This document shows positions 10,251-19,069 of a DNA stretch of 64,000 nt, piece after piece. The stretch is from Promethearchaeia archaeon (GTDB lineage: Archaea; Asgardarchaeota; Lokiarchaeia; Sigyniarchaeales; SOKP01): NCBI GenBank assembly GCA_029856145.1, contig JAHQWK010000001.1, forward strand, positions 352,001 to 416,000. The letters are read 5' to 3'. Both the position numbers and the translations under genes were made by a program. The notes beneath the pieces were generated by a model that was not told the DNA's origin, did no database searches, and worked only from the letters and a program-made list of their open reading frames with translations. Each line of letters starts with the position of its first letter. The stretch's first letter is position 1.

Positions 10251-10285
10251 TAATAACAAAATAAATATATAATAACAAAATAAAT
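10251..10285 (+). repeat. 16-bp direct repeat (TAATAACAAAATAAAT x2) upstream of a membrane-protein gene
   Basis: Identical copies at 10251-10266 and 10270-10285. Confidence 0.6.
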
Positions 10286-10322
10286 TCAACATAAACTTAT
10301 CAAATTAAAGGAGTGAAATTTC

Positions 10323-10970
10323 GTGATTTTTCAAACATTTTTGGAACTCTTAGGACAAATGGCTGGGTTCTTTGTTTTGATCTTGGGAATTATGTGGTTA
10401 ATTTTCGGTGTGTACGAAGCAAAGAGAAGGGGGTCTGTAAAAAAGAGGAAGACGGAGGATTGGGATATGAAAGTAACAAAATTTCTTAAAGTTCTAACTT
10501 ATTTGGGTATTGTTCTTGGTATCTTTTGCATAATAAGCGGTGTTAGTGGATTAATGTATAACGTACCACCAAGTATAGCCTTTCTGAGTGGAGAAGTTAG
10601 TATTTTTACATCTGCGTTACTGATTATTTTTGGAATTCTTACACTTTTAAAACCCTTAAATGACCTTCCGATTGCAAGTGTGGTTGGGCTCTTAGCAGGA
10701 AGTGCTGTAGTAGCAGTTCTTGTAATGGTAATGCCCGCAGAAGCTTATGTAGTCATTGGATTATTTATGAACCCCACAGTATTTTTTGTTATATTATTTA
10801 TAATCATCTTTGCGATTATTGCTCTCACAGCAAAATTTTATATTGGAGGGTTAATGAAAATTTCAAAATTTATATCATGGCCTCCTATAGCCTTCATAGT
10901 TGCTGGATTCTGCTTAATTCAAGGATTCTTAGTCTTAGTGTTCGGAGTTTCAATAGGTTATCTGTTCTAA
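10323..10970 (+). CDS. Uncharacterised multi-pass membrane protein (about 6 TM)
   Basis: Alternating hydrophobic segments and a basic cytoplasmic loop. GTG start after AAGGAGTGA SD. N-terminus MIFQ. Confidence 0.8.
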   Translation: MIFQTFLELLGQMAGFFVLILGIMWLIFGVYEAKRRGSVKKRKTEDWDMKVTKFLKVLTYLGIVLGIFCIISGVSGLMYNVPPSIAFLSGEVSIFTSALLIIFGILTLLKPLNDLPIASVVGLLAGSAVVAVLVMVMPAEAYVVIGLFMNPTVFFVILFIIIFAIIALTAKFYIGGLMKISKFISWPPIAFIVAGFCLIQGFLVLVFGVSIGYLF

Positions 10971-11031
10971 ATCTTTCTTTTTTTTATTATTTTTAATACA
11001 AACAAAATTGAATTCTAAAGGGTTAATCAAT

Positions 11032-12144
11032 TTAGAAGAAGACAAATCTGTGTGAAGGGTGTTTATTAATTTCACCAACAATATCATTATTTAATTCATA
11101 AGAGCAATTAGGACATTTTTTTTCATCAGTTACATCGATCTTTTTGAAACTATAACCCCTTCTTTCCAGTAATAAATGATTACAATTTGGACAATAAGTA
11201 TTACCTCCCTTCTCATGAGCTATGTTTCCTACATATGGAAAATATAAACCTGTTTTTTTAGCAATGTCAGATGCCATATCTAATGTTTCATAAGGAGTAC
11301 GTTTCCTTGATGGCATTTTGAAATCAGGATGATATGCAGAAAAGTGAGTTGGAGTATTTTTCCCTAAATCTTCAACAATCCAATCACATAATTTTTGAAT
11401 ATCTTCCTTACTGTCATTTAAATCCGGTATGATTAAGTTAGTGATTTCTACATGAATACCATTAGATTTAAATCGTTTAGCCGTGTCTAAAACAGGCTGA
11501 ACAGATTTAACTCCACATATTTTTTTATAAAAATCATCAGTCATTGCTTTAATATCGATATTTGCAGCATCGATTCCTACTTCAATCAGTTCTTTTGTCG
11601 CTTCTGGAGTAGAATATCCATTCGTTACTAAGATCGTTTTGATATTATGTTTTTTTAGAAGAGGTACTGTGTCCATAATCCATTCGTGCCATATTAATGG
11701 CTCATTATAGGTATAAGCAAGAGTTTTTGCTCCACTCTTCACTACTCTCTTTTCTAATTGCTCTGGAGTCATTTCAACTAACGACATTCCACGACCTTCA
11801 TAACCTTTAAGGTCATAAAATCCATTTTTTCCATTATCTGTTGGATTTGCCTGTGATATATTCCAATTCTGGCAATTTTGGCACTTAAAGGAACATCCTA
11901 TTGATGCAATTGAGTATGCGGTAGCACCTGGCCAGAAATTATAAAGAGGTTTTTTCTCAATAGGATCTAAACTACCTGAAGAGATCATTGAACCATAAAT
12001 TAAGGTGTATAGTTCTCCATTAAAATTCTTTCTTGTTCTACATATTCCCACCTTATCTGGTAGGATGATACACTCATTAGCGCACACATGGCAATTAACC
12101 TTATTATCATCAAGTTTATCAAATAATCTTGCTTTAAGTTTCAT
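11032..12144 (-). CDS. amrS: AmmeMemoRadiSam system radical SAM enzyme
   Basis: N-terminal CHVC..C..C, DPIEKKPLYNF, CSFKCQNCQNW (CxxxCxxC), YTYNEP, C-terminal CPNC pairs. Confidence 0.92.
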   Translation of the reverse strand: MKLKARLFDKLDDNKVNCHVCANECIILPDKVGICRTRKNFNGELYTLIYGSMISSGSLDPIEKKPLYNFWPGATAYSIASIGCSFKCQNCQNWNISQANPTDNGKNGFYDLKGYEGRGMSLVEMTPEQLEKRVVKSGAKTLAYTYNEPLIWHEWIMDTVPLLKKHNIKTILVTNGYSTPEATKELIEVGIDAANIDIKAMTDDFYKKICGVKSVQPVLDTAKRFKSNGIHVEITNLIIPDLNDSKEDIQKLCDWIVEDLGKNTPTHFSAYHPDFKMPSRKRTPYETLDMASDIAKKTGLYFPYVGNIAHEKGGNTYCPNCNHLLLERRGYSFKKIDVTDEKKCPNCSYELNNDIVGEINKHPSHRFVFF

Positions 12145-12266
12145 ACATATTACCTTGGTAAATTAATAATTTGCTTATTGTATCACTAGATATATAATAG
12201 ATATGAGATTTTATATTTCTTATACATTGAAATTGTAATATTCATATAAAAAAGGAGTTATTCGAA

Positions 12267-12701
12267 ATGTCTGGAATAGATAAAGCAATTTCTTCCTTTA
12301 GAGGAGATTTTAATTGTGCTCAATCAATATTGAGTTCTTATGCCACTCAATATGGGCTAGATCGAGATACAGCTCTAAGATTAGCAACAGGATTTGGAGG
12401 GGGAATGGGTCGATTACAAAATACATGTGGTGCTGTGTCTGGAGCTTTTATGGCGATTAGTTTAAAATATGGTATGGGAATAAATGGCGATAAAGAAGCG
12501 AGAGAAAAGACGTATCAAGTTATAAGAGAATTTTCAAATCGTTTTCAAGAAATTCATAGATCATTAATCTGTAGGGAATTGTTGGGTTGTGATATTAATA
12601 CACCTGAAGGAAAAGACTTCTATGATCGAAATGATTTTTTTGAAAAGAAATGCTTTCAATATGTAAAGGATTCAGCAAAGATTTTAGAACAAATATTATA
12701 A
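12267..12701 (+). CDS. C_GCAxxG_C_C family redox protein
   Basis: FNCAQS, GFGGGMG, CGAVSG, CRELLG, KCFQYV. Confidence 0.9.
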   Translation: MSGIDKAISSFRGDFNCAQSILSSYATQYGLDRDTALRLATGFGGGMGRLQNTCGAVSGAFMAISLKYGMGINGDKEAREKTYQVIREFSNRFQEIHRSLICRELLGCDINTPEGKDFYDRNDFFEKKCFQYVKDSAKILEQIL

Positions 12702-12741
12702 ATGGATTAAATAAAGCAGATATAATTTGCACTTAGTTTTT

Positions 12742-13659
12742 ATGACAGAGAAGGAAACACAGCTTAAAAAAGAGGAATTACTAAGTTTATTAAATAATAA
12801 ACTGGAAAATTTAAAAAATATAGAAGAAATTGGTAAAAATTTAAACTATATTAAAGAATTAGGTGATATTGCCCTAATCCAACTACAATTGGAAAAATTT
12901 AGAGACTCAGAAAAAAATTATCTAATCTGTTTAAACCATTTTAAAAAACAAAAAGACAGGTTAGGTCAAGCCGCTGTTTATGGTGTGCTAGGTACTTTAT
13001 ATTTTAAAGAAGGTGATTATGAAAAATCTACTGAATCTTATGAAAAAGCATGTAGTATTTATGAGGAATTAAAACAAGTTCAAGAACAAATTACTTGTTT
13101 AATAGGAATAGGAAATAATTATGTTAAATTGAATAGATTTGATGAGGCTTGCGATATTTTTTTGGATTGTAGCGCAATTTGTTCAGATAATAATGATATT
13201 TATAATTTACTAGATTGTTTAGGAAATTTAATTTACATTCATGAAACTGATGAAAGATGGGATGTTGTTTTTGAACTTTACAAAAAAACATTAAAAGCGT
13301 TTAAAGAAATTAAAGATGATAAAGGAAAAATCACTTCATATTTTAATTTGGGAATCCTCCAAAAGAAAAATAACTCTCTTGAAGAAGCTCTCAGATACTT
13401 TAAAAAGGGAACTAATGTGGCAATTGATAGGAACTACGCAGAACTAATAATCCGTGGACTTAGCTACGTCGCTGAAACACTATTTTATTTGGGAGAAATT
13501 AAAGAAGCTAAAAATCAATTTATAAAAGCTCTACATATTGCTAAGAGTGTTAATGCTAAAAATGCAATTGTTCAACTCCGAATTCTTTTACTATCACTAG
13601 GTTTGCAAGATCAGCATATAAATGAAGAGCTTAAAGAGTTTGAAAAAACCCAAAAATGA
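12742..13659 (+). CDS. Tetratricopeptide-repeat protein
   Basis: About 40-aa helical repeats, e.g. LGTLYFKEGDYEKS and LGILQKKNNSLEEALRYF. Confidence 0.85.
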   Translation: MTEKETQLKKEELLSLLNNKLENLKNIEEIGKNLNYIKELGDIALIQLQLEKFRDSEKNYLICLNHFKKQKDRLGQAAVYGVLGTLYFKEGDYEKSTESYEKACSIYEELKQVQEQITCLIGIGNNYVKLNRFDEACDIFLDCSAICSDNNDIYNLLDCLGNLIYIHETDERWDVVFELYKKTLKAFKEIKDDKGKITSYFNLGILQKKNNSLEEALRYFKKGTNVAIDRNYAELIIRGLSYVAETLFYLGEIKEAKNQFIKALHIAKSVNAKNAIVQLRILLLSLGLQDQHINEELKEFEKTQK

Positions 13660-13713
13660 ATTTACTTTAATAAAGAAAAAAAAATAGTTTTAACAAAAAT
13701 AACCCTGTTACTT

Positions 13714-13860
13714 TTATTTATGACTTTTATAATCCTTATTATTAGCGTTCCTTAAAGATTTTTCACCACATTTGTCGCAGAAGTCGTGTAATGTGTGTGA
13801 AAATTCATTACAATCGTTACAAATGTAAGGAAATGTTTTTTTAAATAATTTAAAGTCCAA
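13714..13860 (-). CDS. Small zinc-ribbon protein (48 aa, absent from ORF track)
   Basis: Manual translation: MDFKLFKKTFPYICNDCNEFSHTLHDFCDKCGEKSLRNANNKDYKSHK. TTG start after AGTGA. Pattern CxxC-x10-CxxCG. Confidence 0.7.
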   Translation of the reverse strand: MDFKLFKKTFPYICNDCNEFSHTLHDFCDKCGEKSLRNANNKDYKSHK

Positions 13861-14089
13861 TATACATCACTTTTCTTAATATCTTATTCTAATTGAGAAA
13901 TGATATTGATCCTTTTTATTGCTTATTCTTTAAAAAACTAAGTGTCGGGGTTTCTTGAAATATAGAAAAGAATTGTTCATTTTTTAAATAGATAAAAATA
14001 GTAGTTTTATTTTCAGTCATTAATTATAAATAACGTTATTTTCATTTTTAATTTAAAAGTCTTTAATATTGACAAGTGTTTTTACACTT

Positions 14090-15511
14090 ATGAAAACATG
14101 CCCATATTGTAAAAATCCTATTCAGGAAGATTGGTCTTATTGTAGGAATTGTAACAATCCCTTAGTCGTAAATCTGGAGGATGCTTTATATAGAAACGTG
14201 AGATTTTCTTATGATGAACCTGAGATTTATCATCTAGATCTGGAAGAGGAAAATAGTGAATATGAGACAACTATTATAAAGGACGAAGATATAGATCAAA
14301 AAATAAAGAAAATTGATGAAACTTTAGAGCGTAAAGAAATTCTTGGAGAATCAATACCTGGCTCATTATTATTAGAAAAATCAGGTTTATACTATAAAAA
14401 GAGAGATTTGCCAAATGCATTAAAAAACCTTGAATTAGCGTTAAAAAACTTTAAAGAGGAAAATGATCTACTTAATGAAGCTATCTGTCATAATGAGTTA
14501 GGTATAATTCAAGAGGATAATGGACTTTTTGACCAGGCAATTTATCACTTTAATAGATCTCTTGAAATTCTAGAGGAATTAGATGATAAACCTAAAATTA
14601 TCAAAATTTTCAACAATTTAGGAAATATTTATTTCTTATTTAAAGATTTAGAACATTCATATAAATATTATCAAAAAGCATTTAAGCTTTCTAAACAAGA
14701 AAAATTAATCTTTGAAGAAATAAAATCCTCAAGTAATTTGGTAGAAGTTCTTTATTTATTAAAGGACTATGATCGAATTAAAAAAATATTGGAAAGGAAT
14801 ATAGACTTCTTTAAAGAAAAAGAGGATATATATGGAATTATTCAAACAGAGATAAAATATGGAAAATTATATTATTTAATGGATGAAAATTATGATGAAT
14901 CATACCATCATTTAACAAAAGCATTAGAATTAATTAATACAATAAGGGAAAATATATCAATTTATATTAAAGGTAAACTTGAATGGGAATGTTATCTATA
15001 TCTTGGAAAAATTTATCATTTACAAGATAATAATTCTAAAGCTGAAAATTTATATCTACAAAGTCTAGAGGCTGTACGCGTTTTTGAAATTAGTGATAGT
15101 ATTAAAGAGGGTGCGATATTAGAAAACTTAGCAGAATTATATCTATCAAAGGGGGATATAAAAAAAGCAATTGAATATTATGATTTATCTCGTGAGATTT
15201 TTTATAAATTTGGTGATAGTAATAAAAATGCAGAGCTCAAATTTAAAATCGGAAAAATATATTTGGAATATGAAGAGGATACAACAAAAGCCATAGATTT
15301 TTTCGAAGAAGCATTAGAAATTTATGAAGATTTAGAATATTTTAAAGAAAGTGCTATAATCCTCCACAAATTAGGTGATATTCACCTTCATAAAAGAATG
15401 ACTGAAACCGCTATTTCATATTTCGAGAGAGCTCGTACCTATTATCAAAACATCCAAGATGAATATAATATGAATTTATTAACTGAAAAAATAAAATCAT
15501 TGAATATTTAG
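14090..15511 (+). CDS. TPR protein with N-terminal zinc ribbon
   Basis: CPYC-x10-CRNC, acidic linker, then multiple TPR repeats. Confidence 0.85.
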   Translation: MKTCPYCKNPIQEDWSYCRNCNNPLVVNLEDALYRNVRFSYDEPEIYHLDLEEENSEYETTIIKDEDIDQKIKKIDETLERKEILGESIPGSLLLEKSGLYYKKRDLPNALKNLELALKNFKEENDLLNEAICHNELGIIQEDNGLFDQAIYHFNRSLEILEELDDKPKIIKIFNNLGNIYFLFKDLEHSYKYYQKAFKLSKQEKLIFEEIKSSSNLVEVLYLLKDYDRIKKILERNIDFFKEKEDIYGIIQTEIKYGKLYYLMDENYDESYHHLTKALELINTIRENISIYIKGKLEWECYLYLGKIYHLQDNNSKAENLYLQSLEAVRVFEISDSIKEGAILENLAELYLSKGDIKKAIEYYDLSREIFYKFGDSNKNAELKFKIGKIYLEYEEDTTKAIDFFEEALEIYEDLEYFKESAIILHKLGDIHLHKRMTETAISYFERARTYYQNIQDEYNMNLLTEKIKSLNI

Positions 15512-15517
15512 AATTTA

Positions 15518-16204
15518 TTACTCAGTATTGTAAATCTCAAAATCTTCCTTCTTGTATATCTTTGTATCATATTCTTCAAAACCTATCCCTTTTATAAATA
15601 AATATGATACTTTATTATCTCTATATACTTCACACCTAATTTCTTTCACATTTGGATATTGCTCTTTCAGATATTGCCAACTTGCCATCCCTAGAACTGA
15701 ACCAACACCTCTTCTTTGAAATCTAGGGATAACTGCTAAAGCAGCTATAATAGCATATTCATTATTTTCACCTTCAAAATCAAGAAGAAGAAAAGCAGCA
15801 TCTACTCCATATACTTTTCCGATGAGAAAAACTGTTTCAGGATATTCAAGAATTTTTTTTAAGTCCGTTTTAGTTATAGGGCGGAATGGAGTGTTTGAAG
15901 TCAACCAAGCGCGATTATAGATATTTTTTAAACTATCAAGGTCTTCTTTGTTAGCTTCTCTAATCTTAGCTTTAACAATACTATGTTCTATTTTATCCTT
16001 TAATTTATTTTCAAATTCTTTTGTAATTTTCTCGACAGAAAGTCTCATTTGGATATAAACCATACCATCTTGATAAAGATCCTCTACTTCCTTATCAACT
16101 TCTGCTTTTTGTTTTTTCTTTGTTTCAATGGATAAAAAGAAGGCTCTTATCTTTCTTTTTTTCAGATCAAATCTTTTCTTACGCTCTAATTTTGGTTGTG
16201 ACAT
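15518..16204 (-). CDS. GNAT-family N-acetyltransferase with N-terminal extension
   Basis: Acetyl-CoA motif A LAVIPRFQRRGVG; N..S..F..GIGF. Confidence 0.85.
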   Translation of the reverse strand: MSQPKLERKKRFDLKKRKIRAFFLSIETKKKQKAEVDKEVEDLYQDGMVYIQMRLSVEKITKEFENKLKDKIEHSIVKAKIREANKEDLDSLKNIYNRAWLTSNTPFRPITKTDLKKILEYPETVFLIGKVYGVDAAFLLLDFEGENNEYAIIAALAVIPRFQRRGVGSVLGMASWQYLKEQYPNVKEIRCEVYRDNKVSYLFIKGIGFEEYDTKIYKKEDFEIYNTE

Positions 16205-16228
16205 GATTAAAAGGAGAAATATGTGGTT

Positions 16229-17863
16229 TTATACTAAAAAATTTAGATTTTCTCGAATTATTCTCTCTGTTGTTTCATTTAATAACATTTTTTCTCTTAA
16301 TTGTGAAATACCTAGCTGTATTCTCTTTTTTATGTTTGGATCTTTTATTAGGTTTTTCCTTTCGCAGGAAAATTCAAAATTTGAGCGAGTAGCCATATCA
16401 TTTTCAATTCTTTCATTTAATATATTCTTTAAATTAATGAATGCATCAGAAACATCTTCATAGATATTACTAGGGTCAATAGTGATAAATCCTGGGAATA
16501 CAATATTCATATATTCTTCCATGTTATCTTCATCTTCAATAAACATCGCATAAACGGGGATATAGATCCATTGTATAGGTCTTGAAAATAGATCTGATTG
16601 ATTATCATTGAGGGACCATCCAATTAATGCTTGAGCTTCTTGTAGACATATGTTTTGCTTTAATTGTATAATTTCCTTAATTTTCTCAAATGGGTTTTCT
16701 ATTTGAGTTTTCAAATTCTGTAACTCCGATATTTTTACTTGTTTTTCACTCTCAAATTCAGTTAATTGTTTATCTCTATCTTTTAGTTTTAAATGTAAAG
16801 ACTCCCTAAACTGCTCTAATTTTTGTTTTGTTTCAATATCAATTTGAGAAGCCCGGGTTTTTAACTCATAAAATTTTTGTTTTAGCGTTGTAAGGGCTTC
16901 CAAAAACTTATTTCCCTCTTCTGTTAGATAAGTAAATTGATTTTCAAAATGAGGTACGAGATCTTCGAAAATTCTACTTCTTAAAGAATCACTACTAGTA
17001 AAAAACTTATTTTTTTTAATTATTTCTTCAAGTTGTCTTTCAAATGTTTTAAATAGAGTAGATATATTTTCGATTATTCTCTTCTTTTCGTTAACATTCC
17101 ATTGATCAATTTTATCCTGCTCTAATTTTGTTTGTTCATCCACTTGAAATGTATCAATTGATGTGGATGTTTTGGAAATTTGACTAGAATACCTTGTATC
17201 TATATCCTTCAATTGAACATTCAGATCAATAAGCCATTTGCTCACTTCTTTATTTATTAATTCAATTTGAGTTTTCCATCTTAATGAGTTTCCCTTCATT
17301 GTATTTATTACTTGACGGTATTCTTCTGAGATATTTAATGCATTTTCCGTGGAAATATTTGCATCTAATACAGTGTAATCTGCAATTGGTTTATATTCAA
17401 TTAGAGGAATAATAGTTAATAACGTTTGAAGAAATTCTGGGTTAATTAAACCATCTATTTTAAGAGTGTGAAATTCAGATTCTTCTCCTTCACCAATTTC
17501 TTCAGCTTCTTTATCTTTATATGTTAAGATATCACTTAGTATATTCAATTGCTCAATTTTAGTTCTATTATCTATGTTTCTAAGAATATGACCAATTAAA
17601 GGTTGACGAGGAGGGTTAGAAAATCTCCCTAAATTCTTAAATAAATTCAAGCCATCTAGCATGATATGTGTACTAATTACTCCTTGGATACTCAAAATTG
17701 GCCAGAGAAGTCTTGAAAAGGAAATAATCTTTTTATTTTTCTCTAAATCTTTTGATAATAAATAAAATGCGAGAGCTAATTCATCATTACCTTGAATTGA
17801 AAGGGGAAGTGCTCCCTTTCTAATAAATAATGGTAATAAATATTGATTTCCGTGAACTGTCAT
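16229..17863 (-). CDS. Uncharacterised protein with long central coiled coil
   Basis: 544-aa ORF with a heptad-rich E/K/Q/L middle (about aa 180-410) and globular termini. Confidence 0.75.
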   Translation of the reverse strand: MTVHGNQYLLPLFIRKGALPLSIQGNDELALAFYLLSKDLEKNKKIISFSRLLWPILSIQGVISTHIMLDGLNLFKNLGRFSNPPRQPLIGHILRNIDNRTKIEQLNILSDILTYKDKEAEEIGEGEESEFHTLKIDGLINPEFLQTLLTIIPLIEYKPIADYTVLDANISTENALNISEEYRQVINTMKGNSLRWKTQIELINKEVSKWLIDLNVQLKDIDTRYSSQISKTSTSIDTFQVDEQTKLEQDKIDQWNVNEKKRIIENISTLFKTFERQLEEIIKKNKFFTSSDSLRSRIFEDLVPHFENQFTYLTEEGNKFLEALTTLKQKFYELKTRASQIDIETKQKLEQFRESLHLKLKDRDKQLTEFESEKQVKISELQNLKTQIENPFEKIKEIIQLKQNICLQEAQALIGWSLNDNQSDLFSRPIQWIYIPVYAMFIEDEDNMEEYMNIVFPGFITIDPSNIYEDVSDAFINLKNILNERIENDMATRSNFEFSCERKNLIKDPNIKKRIQLGISQLREKMLLNETTERIIRENLNFLV

Positions 17864-18078
17864 GGATTTAATCTTGAATTTTTAATTATTTTCTTTATTA
17901 TATAATTCAAATATATTAAATGTAAAGATCTTCAGTTTTAAATTTTTAATCTTTTTTTGTTTAGGTTTACAAAAACTAGTGCATATGAAATAATTACTGC
18001 TCTGAAAGTTTATTTTTAATTAAATATCAGAAATATAATTGATTAAAAATAATTAAATGAATAAAAAAGAAATAAATT

Positions 18079-18939
18079 TCATTTAAGTTGTTCGTAATTA
18101 TTAGCTATTACCAATATAAGGAGTGCTAACAATATGATTAATGGTGGTAATATTGCTCTTACATGAGGTAAAGCAGCTACATCAAGCGCTCCTTGTAAAA
18201 GTCGTCCTCCGATAAAATAAAGAATAAATCCAATAGCATTTAAAGCATAAGATTTTCTTAACACACCAAAAGTTTTCCAAGCAAGATATAGAAAGATAAA
18301 CGGAATTAACGCAAGAAACGAAGGCATGAAAATGAAATTAAACAAAAATCTCCCTAAAGGATATTCCCAACCAAAAATATTTACTGTTATTAAGCTTGGA
18401 AGCGACGCATCAGGATAATCACCTACGAAATCTGGATCCATAAAAAGTCCATCCGATAATATCAATGCGAGTATTCCAATTATTATTGGAATTACTATTA
18501 GACTGATTCTAAGTAATATTCTTATATTATTTTTATTTTTTAACCAATCTTTCAATGAGAATCTTTTCTCTCCAGTTTGCTCTAATTGAGTATCGGGAGG
18601 AAATAAGAGAATTCCTAATACTCCAACAGCACAAGCAGTTCCTATCCAAGTAAAGAATGTAGCAAATCTGTAATTTAACATTAAAAATGCGACAACATCA
18701 TCACCGTTAGTACCAGTATAGAGTTCTGGAGCGAAAAAATAGTATACTATGAAGAATACTCGTGCAATTCCAAAACATAGAAAGAATAAGCTAAAAAATA
18801 ACCAATATGATTTCCTTGAAGTTCGAAATCTTATAAATAGGAAGTAAAAAAATAGTAAAAAGAAATATCCTACTATCACAAAATAAAGCCCCATTTCTAG
18901 TACTTCCCAGAAACTATATTGGAAATCTTGAAATATCAT
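18079..18939 (-). CDS. Uncharacterised membrane protein with about 7 TM helices
   Basis: Seven hydrophobic segments by inspection, no soluble output domain. N-terminus MIFQ. Confidence 0.75.
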   Translation of the reverse strand: MIFQDFQYSFWEVLEMGLYFVIVGYFFLLFFYFLFIRFRTSRKSYWLFFSLFFLCFGIARVFFIVYYFFAPELYTGTNGDDVVAFLMLNYRFATFFTWIGTACAVGVLGILLFPPDTQLEQTGEKRFSLKDWLKNKNNIRILLRISLIVIPIIIGILALILSDGLFMDPDFVGDYPDASLPSLITVNIFGWEYPLGRFLFNFIFMPSFLALIPFIFLYLAWKTFGVLRKSYALNAIGFILYFIGGRLLQGALDVAALPHVRAILPPLIILLALLILVIANNYEQLK

Positions 18940-19069
18940 AATCAGTCAATTTTATTTTTAACTTTAAAAAAAATATAATAATATTATTATATTCCTATTA
19001 TAAAAATTTATTTTTATTTACTTGTAATATCTTAAAATACAAATATTATAATACACTTTTTAATATTGT

